Assembly: GCA_051747585.1 (NCBI GenBank)
Contig: JBNJGH010000050.1
Span: 1-23,334 of the forward strand
Length of the DNA: 23,334 nt
Direction: 5' to 3'
Source of the DNA: Candidatus Rifleibacteriota bacterium
Lineage (GTDB): Bacteria > Muiribacteriota > Ozemobacteria > Ozemobacterales > Ozemobacteraceae
Below the pieces are notes generated by a model that had not been told where the DNA came from, made no database searches, and saw only the letters and a list, made by a program, of their open reading frames with translations. This document shows positions 1 through 8,778 of the stretch, piece after piece (positions within the stretch are counted from its first letter, which is position 1; each line of letters starts with the position of its first letter). Both the position numbers and the translations under genes were made by a program.

Positions 1-224
1 TAGATGAGACGGTTGAGCTGATAAACGAACTTGGCGAGCAACTTAAAGAAAGCTTTGAAGACCCGGGGTTTCGTTTATTGAAAAAAGAAATTGTTCGGGC
101 AATTGTTTTATATAAAGGCTGTATGCCGGACCAGATAGATTTTGATGACCTGGATAAAAATCAGCTGCTTAACCCTGAATGGCAGGAGTTTTTATCTTTG
201 AAGCCGGCAAAGGAGGCTGGTTGA
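1..224 (+). CDS. 3' end of an upstream gene, possibly DUF721/DciA-family (partial)
   Basis: Frame 3 is open from the window edge (DETVELINELGEQLKESF...IVLYKGCMPDQIDF...KPAKEAG) to TGA at 222-224, which overlaps the next ATG (TGATG). The product is guessed only from the common recF-DUF721-DUF370-gyrB order. Confidence 0.5.
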   Translation, partial: DETVELINELGEQLKESFEDPGFRLLKKEIVRAIVLYKGCMPDQIDFDDLDKNQLLNPEWQEFLSLKPAKEAG

Positions 225-505
225 TGTTGATACATATAGGTCAGAATGAATTTGTAGATTTTCAACATTGTGAAGCAATATTTAATTTGCAAACAATAGA
301 TGAGGCGGCAAAAAAGAAAATTCTTTCTTTGCTTCCTTCTTCTGAAAGTTATGAATATAGAGCTGCTATACTTACCACAGAAGGTAAATGGAAAGGCTCT
401 ACTCTCTCAACTGAAGCTTTGGCTCAGCGGGGAATTTGTCACCCTTTTCAAAGTGCGGCTTATTTAAAAGCTGAATGGAAAAAAAGTGCCCATTATCATT
501 ATTAA
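224..505 (+). CDS. DUF370 / RemB-like small protein
   Basis: Start moved from 179 to ATG 224: AGGAGG at 211-216 and TGATG coupling. MLIHIGQNEFV...EAIFNL...AAILT...STLSTEALAQR fits the DUF370 pattern, and the gene sits directly upstream of gyrB as is typical. Confidence 0.7.
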   Translation: MLIHIGQNEFVDFQHCEAIFNLQTIDEAAKKKILSLLPSSESYEYRAAILTTEGKWKGSTLSTEALAQRGICHPFQSAAYLKAEWKKSAHYHY

Positions 506-526
506 TGGGTAATTATAAGGAGTTAA

Positions 527-2530
<2,004 letters not shown>

Positions 2531-2545
2531 TAAAGGGGTTATCAA

Positions 2546-5245
2546 ATGGATACCACCAATGAAAATATAAATTCAGGAAACTCAGGAGATAACCAGGCTC
2601 CGCCGCCAACCGGCACCAGGTTTGTAAATATTGAAGATGATATGAGGTCATCTTATATAGATTATGCCATGAGTGTAATAGTTGGTAGAGCGCTTCCCGA
2701 TGTGCGTGATGGTTTAAAACCGGTTCATCGAAGAGTTCTTTATGCGATGTTCAATCAGGGATTTACCAGCAAAAAAGCTTTTGTCAAATCAGCAAGAACA
2801 GTCGGTGAAGTTCTTGGTAAATATCATCCTCATGGTGATTCGGCTGTATATGACACCCTGGTTCGAATGGCTCAAGATTTCAGTCTTAGATATCAGTTGA
2901 TTGATGGTCATGGTAACTTTGGTTCGATAGATGGCGATGAAGCAGCGGCAATGCGTTATACCGAAGCAAGGCTAAAAGCGCTTGCCGAGGAAATGCTGCG
3001 CGATCTTGAGATGGAAACCGTTGACTGGATGCCCAACTTTGATGGTTCTCTTAACGAACCAATTGTTCTGCCAAGTAAATTTCCGAATCTACTGGTAAAC
3101 GGCTCTTCTGGTATTGCCGTAGGTATGGCCACCAACATGCCTTCACATAACCTTACCGAAGTTATAAACGGTACTGTAGCTTTAATTGACAACCCTGAAA
3201 TAACAATTGAAGAGCTGATGGAATTTATTCCCGGTCCGGATTTCCCGACTGGTGGAATAATAATGGGTACAGAAGGAATAAATACGGCCTATCGCAACGG
3301 CAGAGGTAGTGTCGTAGTTCGCTCAGTAGTAGATATCGAAGAATTCAACCGCGGGCGTGATCGTATTGTTGTTACCGAGTTACCTTATCAGGTTAATAAA
3401 GCCCGTCTGGTAAAATCTATTGCTGATCTGATTAAAGACAAAAAGATAGACGGTATTACTGATCTGCGAGACGAATCAAGTCATGAAGGAATGAGAGTTT
3501 GTATTGAGCTGAGAAAAGGCGTTAATACAGATGTAGTTTTAAATCAGCTTTATAAACATACTCAACTGCAGTCCAGCTTCGGAATAATAAATCTGGTTCT
3601 TGTTAACAACAAACCATTGGTTTTAGGTCTCAAGAGGATGATGGAGCACTATGTCGACCATTGTCGCGAAATAATCCGTCGTCGAACCATGTATCAGTTG
3701 AGAAAAGCTGAAGAAAAGGCTCACATACTCGAAGGCTTGACCATTGCCCTGGATAACCTGGATGCAGTAATTAAGCTGATTAAAGAATCCAACGATCCGG
3801 CAAGCGCTAAACAGGGGCTCATGGATACATTCATGCTCTCGGAAAAACAAGCTCAGGCAATTCTCGAAATGAGACTGCAGAAGCTGACCGGCCTCGAAAG
3901 AGACAAAATTGTAGCTGAATACCATGAAACTCTTGCTTTGATTCAAAAATTAAAAGGTATTCTCGAATCTGATCAGAAGGTTCGTGACATAATTAAAGAA
4001 GAACTGATTGAAATCCGTGAAAAATATGGAGACGAACGTCGCACTCAAATCAGTATGTCTATTGCTGAAAAGCTCAACATAGAAGACTTGATGCAGGAAG
4101 AAGACATAATTATTACTGCGACCAAAAACGGGTATATCAAAAGAATGTCTCCGACGATCTTCAGACAGATTAATCGCGGTAGTAAAGGCAGTTCAGTAAT
4201 GGGCGTCAAAGAGGATGATGTGGTTGAACACATGTTTCTGGCAACTACCCACTCATATTTACTTGCATTTACCTCGATTGGTAAAGTGCACTGGATCAAG
4301 GGTTATCAGATACCGGAGGGTGGTCGTCAGGCAAGTGGCAGGGCCATAGTGAATCTGCTGCAGCTCGGAGAAGATGAAATTGTAACCGCTTTATTGCCTA
4401 TTAAAAAGTTTGATGATATGCGCCGGCTGTTTATGGTTACCAAAAAAGGTATTGCCAAAATGGTCATGCTTTCGGCTTTCTCACGACCTTTATCTAGAGG
4501 TATTATTGCTATAAAACTCAAAGGTGATGACGAACTGGTAGGTGTTAAGCCCATCCTCGGCGGAGAACAGGTAGTAATTGCGACCAGAAAAGGTTATGCA
4601 ATTAGATTCTGTGAAAACGAAGTCAGAGTCATGGGCAGAAATGCACGAGGCGTCAAAGCGATGACCTTTAGAGAAAAAGACGACGAAGTTGTTGGCATGG
4701 AAGTTTTCCGAACTGCGGAAGAAAAAGAAAAATTATTGGCTTTACTTGCGGAAGAAAAAGAAGAACTCAAACTGGAAACAGAAAATGTCCAGACTTCTGA
4801 AAATGAAAATGCCGAAGATGCAGAGATCGTTGAAGAATTTCTGGTCGAAGAAGATGCATCTGAAAAAGTAGAAACTCCCGAAGATCAAGCTGGAAAAGAA
4901 ATAGACGATAAAGTTGTTTACGAAGGAAAACTTTTGACTGTTTCTGAACTTGGCTTTGGAAAACAGACTAATATCAAGAATTATCGCGTAACTCATCGTG
5001 GTGGTAAGGGTGTAATCAATCTTAAAATAATGAAGAAGACCGGTGAAGTTCTAGCCATTAAGCGTATGTTTGAAGGTGATGAACTTATGGTTGTAACAAC
5101 CACAGGAAAAGTGGTAAGACTTAGTGCCGATAAAATTAGAAATACCGGTAGAGCAGCATCCGGAGTTAAGTTGATTACTCTCGGTGATGACGATAAACTG
5201 ATTTCAGTAGTAAGAATACCGGCCAAAGAAGAAGCGGCCGATTAA
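2546..5245 (+). CDS. gyrA: DNA gyrase subunit A
   Basis: [38 protein letters not shown], catalytic [19 protein letters not shown], and C-terminal beta-pinwheel repeats. The GyrA-box is degenerate (INRGSKG). Confidence 0.95.
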   Translation: MDTTNENINSGNSGDNQAPPPTGTRFVNIEDDMRSSYIDYAMSVIVGRALPDVRDGLKPVHRRVLYAMFNQGFTSKKAFVKSARTVGEVLGKYHPHGDSAVYDTLVRMAQDFSLRYQLIDGHGNFGSIDGDEAAAMRYTEARLKALAEEMLRDLEMETVDWMPNFDGSLNEPIVLPSKFPNLLVNGSSGIAVGMATNMPSHNLTEVINGTVALIDNPEITIEELMEFIPGPDFPTGGIIMGTEGINTAYRNGRGSVVVRSVVDIEEFNRGRDRIVVTELPYQVNKARLVKSIADLIKDKKIDGITDLRDESSHEGMRVCIELRKGVNTDVVLNQLYKHTQLQSSFGIINLVLVNNKPLVLGLKRMMEHYVDHCREIIRRRTMYQLRKAEEKAHILEGLTIALDNLDAVIKLIKESNDPASAKQGLMDTFMLSEKQAQAILEMRLQKLTGLERDKIVAEYHETLALIQKLKGILESDQKVRDIIKEELIEIREKYGDERRTQISMSIAEKLNIEDLMQEEDIIITATKNGYIKRMSPTIFRQINRGSKGSSVMGVKEDDVVEHMFLATTHSYLLAFTSIGKVHWIKGYQIPEGGRQASGRAIVNLLQLGEDEIVTALLPIKKFDDMRRLFMVTKKGIAKMVMLSAFSRPLSRGIIAIKLKGDDELVGVKPILGGEQVVIATRKGYAIRFCENEVRVMGRNARGVKAMTFREKDDEVVGMEVFRTAEEKEKLLALLAEEKEELKLETENVQTSENENAEDAEIVEEFLVEEDASEKVETPEDQAGKEIDDKVVYEGKLLTVSELGFGKQTNIKNYRVTHRGGKGVINLKIMKKTGEVLAIKRMFEGDELMVVTTTGKVVRLSADKIRNTGRAASGVKLITLGDDDKLISVVRIPAKEEAAD

Positions 5246-5290
5246 AGATTAAAAATTCATGAGAGAATCTCTCATGAATTTTTAATCTTT
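5244..5290. repeat. Perfect 22-bp inverted repeat (hairpin/cruciform, possible terminator) after gyrA
   Basis: AAAGATTAAAAATTCATGAGAG (5244-5265), loop AAT, CTCTCATGAATTTTTAATCTTT (5269-5290); the arms are exact reverse complements. Confidence 0.85.
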
Positions 5291-5302
5291 GAGAGATAAA
5301 TA

Positions 5303-5668
5303 ATGGCAGAAGAAAAAAAAGTCAGCAGAAAAAAAAGAGTAAGATTCTCAACCGAGATTATGTTTATATTGTCGGTAGTTTTTTGCGTGGCTCTATCTGT
5401 AATTTACCTGGTAAGATATAATAATATTAGAAATCTGCTTCAGCGTGAGGCAGAACTTCAGGAAAAAATTGAAGCACTCGAAAGAGAAAATCGGCACCTG
5501 AAGCAAAATCTTGATATGTTATCTACACCAGAAGGCATAGAAAGACTGGCCCGCGAAAGACTTGGGCTGGTCAGGCCTGAAGAACTGGTTATCTATACCG
5601 TAAATGAAAATGAGTCAGAAAAGGAAAATGCTTCTAAGACAATGAGGGTTAACGAACCGATCGAATGA
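5303..5668 (+). CDS. ftsB: Septum formation initiator, FtsB/DivIC family
   Basis: Basic N-terminus, one TM segment (IMFILSVVFCVALSVIYLV), a coiled coil, and the family motif EGIERLARERLGLVRPEELVI. Confidence 0.82.
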   Translation: MAEEKKVSRKKRVRFSTEIMFILSVVFCVALSVIYLVRYNNIRNLLQREAELQEKIEALERENRHLKQNLDMLSTPEGIERLARERLGLVRPEELVIYTVNENESEKENASKTMRVNEPIE

Positions 5669-5685
5669 AAAAATAATCTAAATTG

Positions 5686-5714
5686 TTGATTTTATTCGGT
5701 ACATGTGGTAAATT
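5686..5714 (+). promoter_or_regulatory. Sigma70-type promoter of the tRNA-SRP operon
   Basis: TTGATT (5686-5691), 17-nt spacer, TAAATT (5709-5714) with extended -10 TG at 5706-5707, ending 11 nt before the first tRNA. Confidence 0.7.
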
Positions 5715-5725
5715 AACCAGCACTT

Positions 5726-5808
5726 GGAGGAATGGCCGAGTGGTCGAAGGCGTCGGTCTTGAAAACCGAAGGGCGAAAGCTCCGTGGGTTCGAATCCTAC
5801 TTCCTCCG
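5726..5808 (+). tRNA. tRNA-Ser (anticodon TGA)
   Basis: Acceptor GGAGGAA/TTCCTCC with G73, anticodon arm TCGGT-CT TGA AA-ACCGA, long variable arm, GGTTCGAATCC T-arm. No encoded CCA. Confidence 0.95.
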
Positions 5809-5821
5809 TTTTTTTTACTTT

Positions 5822-5910
5822 GGAGAGATGGGTGAGTGGCTTAAACCAACAGTTTGCTAAACTGTCGTACTGGGTAACTGGTACCGGGGGTTCGAATCCC
5901 CCTCTCTCCG
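5822..5910 (+). tRNA. tRNA-Ser (anticodon GCT)
   Basis: Acceptor GGAGAGA/TCTCTCC with G73, anticodon arm ACAGT-TT GCT AA-ACTGT, long variable arm, TTCGAAT loop. No encoded CCA. Confidence 0.95.
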
Positions 5911-5918
5911 AGGTAAAT

Positions 5919-5993
5919 GCGCCCGTAGCTCAGTTTGGATAGAGCACCAGATTGCGGATCTGGTGGCCAGAGGTTCGAGTCCTCTCGGGCGCG
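5919..5993 (+). tRNA. tRNA-Arg (anticodon GCG)
   Basis: Acceptor GCGCCCG/CGGGCGC plus G, D-arm GCTC/GAGC, anticodon arm CCAGA-TT GCG GA-TCTGG (anticodon 5954-5956), T-arm AGAGG-TTCGAGT-CCTCT. No encoded CCA. Confidence 0.93.
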
Positions 5994-6034
5994 CTGTTTT
6001 TTGTTACAGGGTTTACTCCCGTGCAAAAATATCC

Positions 6035-6123
6035 GGAAAGGTGGCCGAGTCTGGCTTAAGGCGCACGCCTGGAAAGCGTGTATAGGGACCTCTCTATCGC
6101 GGGTTCGAATCCCGCCCTTTCCG
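6035..6123 (+). tRNA. tRNA-Ser (anticodon GGA)
   Basis: Acceptor GGAAAGG/CCTTTCC with G73, anticodon arm CACGC-CT GGA AA-GCGTG, long variable arm, GCGGG-TTCGAAT-CCCGC T-arm. No encoded CCA. Confidence 0.95.
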
Positions 6124-6125
6124 TT

Positions 6126-6393
6126 GTCGTGCTAGGCGGAGGGCTCGGGGTCCTCTATCAACCGCAAAACCCCGTAGGCGGGCTGAATCCCTGTCAGAGG
6201 GCTTAGTTGGTAGCACCGGCCTGTTCCAAAAGCATTGAAGGACGGGTTCCACACGGCGAAAGTCCGTGAACCCCGCCAGGATCGGAAGATAGCAACGGTA
6301 AGCGATCGCTTTCGGGTGATGTGGCAGCGCCTGTCCTGAGCGGCTGGTTCAGGATACGGGCTATTGACTTAAGTTCGAAGGCAGGTGCACGAC
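6126..6393 (+). ncRNA. ffs: Signal recognition particle RNA, long (Alu-domain-containing, Bacillus scRNA-like) type
   Basis: Terminal helix GTCGTGC/GCACGAC encloses about 268 nt. Helix 8 is CCAGG-ATC-GGAA-GAT-AGCAACGG (GGAA tetraloop at 6284-6287). The 5' CGTGCTAGGCGG...CTGAATCCC and 3' AGGTGCACG resemble B. subtilis scRNA. It lies directly upstream of dnaX. Confidence 0.9.
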
Positions 6394-6396
6394 CTT

Positions 6397-6425
6397 AAAA
6401 CCCCTTTTGGGGGTTTTCTGTTTTT
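6397..6425 (+). terminator. Intrinsic terminator of the tRNA-SRP operon
   Basis: AAAACCCC-TTTTG-GGGGTTTT hairpin followed by CTGTTTTT. Confidence 0.8.
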
Positions 6426-6517
6426 AGCAGGTTTAGAATTTTATCTATTCTAATTTGCTTTTAATAAGAATTTAAGGTTATTTTTAGAACGAATTAAAAA
6501 GCAGCTGGAGTTAAATA

Positions 6518-8245
6518 ATGAATGTTCCCGAAAAACAGAACCTTTATCGCAAATACCGACCGGCAAAGTTTTCACAATTAGCTGGGCAACAACATATTTC
6601 TCATACCATTCAATCTTCTGTTGCCAGCGGTAGAATTTCTCATGCTTACATGTTTTCGGGCCCCCGGGGAACGGGTAAAACTTCCAGCGCAAGGTTGCTT
6701 GCCAAGATTCTAAACTGCTCTTCACCTGAGCTGGATGAAAAAAATCTTCTCGATTGCTGCTGTAAATGCGAAAATTGTCGACGCATCGAAGAACAGAAGT
6801 TTATGGATATTATAGAAATTGATGCTGCCAGCAACAACAGTGTTGAAGACATAAGGCAGATGAGAGAAAAAGTAAAATATAAGCCTGCAGAAGGTAAATA
6901 TAAAATTTACATTATCGATGAGGTTCATATGCTTTCGGGGGCAGCTTTTAATGCTTTTCTCAAGACCCTGGAAGAACCACCGGCAAATGTCATTTTTGTT
7001 CTGGCAACTACAGATCCGCAGAAGGTTCCTGCTACGATTATTTCCCGCTGTCAGGGGTTTGATTTCCATTCGGTTTCGCGGCGAATAATTAAAGAAAGGC
7101 TTGAAACCATTGTTGAGCTTGAAAGAGAAAATTCAGAAGATTTTCCTGAATTTGATTCTGAAGCTCTGGGAATGATTGCCGAATGTGCTCAGGGAGGTTT
7201 CAGAGATGCCTTGAGTCTTCTTGATCAGATATCTTCTTCTTCTGTCAGCAAAAAAATCGAGCTCGATCAGGTTTTGTTAATGACGCGAAGGCTGAGCTAT
7301 TCAACTTTAAAAGAAATTTCAGCAGGTATTTTTGCCAGAAAACCTGAGGTAGTGGTTAAAACTCTTAATGAATTGTATTTCAATGGCTATGAACCTGCTA
7401 CTATAGCAAGAGATTTTCTTGAGTACATGCGTAGATGTATGCTGCTTAAAATTGATGCCCAGGCCAACCAGATTCTTGATTTACCCGAGGAACAGGTAAA
7501 AGAAATTCTGGAATCGGTTAAAGATTTAACCCTTAAATTTTTGTTAACGACAGTTACCAGAATCGAAAATTCATTAATGCGATTAAAGAATTCCTTTCAG
7601 GCTAAAATTTTACTTGAAACAGAGTTATTGCGAATTTGTCTCGGAGAAGAAATTTTTACTGCAGAAGCCGTAGAAAAAAGAATTGAAAAGTTAGAGCAAA
7701 AAGTTGAAAGTTTGAAAAGGTTCCCTGGAGGGGCTGCTGGATCAGGTCGCCTGGTTAAAACCACTATCCCGGCCCGTAGTAAAGCTCCGACAGTATCGGC
7801 GCCCAAACGAGTTGTGGAAGAAAGACCCGAGCAGTTTGAATCGGTAGATACCAATGATCCGCTAGATAATTTTAAAGCGACTGTTGCCCGTAATTCACGA
7901 GTTTGCTCTGCATTACTGGTCAACGCCAAAATGAAATATAGAAATAACTGTTTATATATTCTTCTTGACCAGGAGTTTGCTCTTAATAAGCTTCGTGAAG
8001 AAAAGAATCAAAATATAATGCTAAGGGCTGCCGGTGAAGTTTTTGGCAGCGAATCCACTATAAAGACTGGTTCAACCAAGGATTTCAGGGAGAATCAATC
8101 TAATGAATTGCCAAAAAAAAAAGCTGATCATAGACAACAGGTTGCCCGCATAGATGAAGCTGCAAGGAAAAAAGTTTTAAACAAGCCCGCAATCTCTGAT
8201 GCAATAGAAGTTTTCGGCGGCGAGATCATTGATCTTGAAAATTAA
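6518..8245 (+). CDS. dnaX: DNA polymerase III subunit gamma/tau
   Basis: LYRKYRP, Walker A GPRGTGKT, Zn module (LNC...CCKCENC), EIDAASN, Walker B IIDEVHML, KTLEEPP, TIISRCQ, GGFRDALSLLDQ. Confidence 0.96.
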   Translation: MNVPEKQNLYRKYRPAKFSQLAGQQHISHTIQSSVASGRISHAYMFSGPRGTGKTSSARLLAKILNCSSPELDEKNLLDCCCKCENCRRIEEQKFMDIIEIDAASNNSVEDIRQMREKVKYKPAEGKYKIYIIDEVHMLSGAAFNAFLKTLEEPPANVIFVLATTDPQKVPATIISRCQGFDFHSVSRRIIKERLETIVELERENSEDFPEFDSEALGMIAECAQGGFRDALSLLDQISSSSVSKKIELDQVLLMTRRLSYSTLKEISAGIFARKPEVVVKTLNELYFNGYEPATIARDFLEYMRRCMLLKIDAQANQILDLPEEQVKEILESVKDLTLKFLLTTVTRIENSLMRLKNSFQAKILLETELLRICLGEEIFTAEAVEKRIEKLEQKVESLKRFPGGAAGSGRLVKTTIPARSKAPTVSAPKRVVEERPEQFESVDTNDPLDNFKATVARNSRVCSALLVNAKMKYRNNCLYILLDQEFALNKLREEKNQNIMLRAAGEVFGSESTIKTGSTKDFRENQSNELPKKKADHRQQVARIDEAARKKVLNKPAISDAIEVFGGEIIDLEN

Positions 8246-8345
8246 TTAATCAAAAAAATGATAATGCCGAAAAAATTAAGGCATTTTCATCTAATTTTAA
8301 AGAAAACCGTCCAAAATTTCACCCCTTAAAAACGTCTTTATCAGC

Positions 8346-8661
8346 TAATCAACAGCCTTTGTGTAGAAGATTTGTTTTGTACACTGAGAAATAGTGGAAA
8401 ATGTGGAAAACAATGGGGAAAAGCATTACAAGCGAAATGAATCCTGTGGAAAAAGAAATGTTCTACCCTCTTGACAAGATCTGTTTATACGGATTTAGAA
8501 AGAATTTAATCTTTTTTATTTTTTTCTTGCAAAATAAAAAATCTTTTTTGTCAAGGATTTGTGTACATAATTTAGAAAAAATACGGCGTTTACATAACTT
8601 GTGTACCGAGACTTATGTAAACCAATGTACATAGCAGGGGTTGTTTTTGAGCTTATATACA
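8346..8661. promoter_or_regulatory. Cluster of DnaA-box-like 9-mers flanking an AT-rich tract (candidate oriC or DnaA-binding locus)
   Basis: TGTGGAAAA at 8402 and 8445, AGTGGAAAA 8393, TGGGGAAAA 8414, TAATCAACA 8346, TGTACATAA 8562 and TTATATACA 8653. A very AT-rich stretch lies at about 8495-8550. No credible ORF. Confidence 0.55.
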
Positions 8662-8778
8662 AAACAGCTTAAGCGCGTTTTTTAGCTTTCTTTTAATATT
8701 TTCGACACAACAGCTTTTTTATTGAACCTTAAAAGTGATATTATTTTCAAGAATGCTTATTATTTTTGAGGGGTTTCC

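Noticed and set aside
179..223. Upstream ATG for the DUF370-like ORF given in the ORF track
   Set aside because: It overlaps the preceding gene. ATG 224 has an AGGAGG RBS, stop-start coupling and the family-typical N-terminus.
5726..5808. tRNA with TGA in the anticodon loop as a selenocysteine or suppressor tRNA
   Set aside because: Anticodon TGA reads UCA (Ser); tRNA-Sec would have TCA and a longer acceptor stem.
5841..6135. ORFs 5841-6026 (-) and 5935-6135 (+)
   Set aside because: They lie over clear tRNA genes and are translations of structured RNA.
7672..7681. AAAAAAG in dnaX as an E. coli-type -1 frameshift site
   Set aside because: The reading frame is GAA AAA AGA, so the heptamer is not in the A AAA AAG phase.
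8401..8634. 77-aa ORF in the dnaX downstream gap
   Set aside because: No RBS and low-complexity F/K content. Its MWKT/MGKS/VEK words are simply translated DnaA-box-like repeats.
8246..8778. CRISPR array or prophage/integrative element next to the tRNA-dnaX region
   Set aside because: The repeats are 9-10 bp, irregularly spaced and in both orientations. No cas, integrase or duplicated tRNA 3' end was seen in the window.
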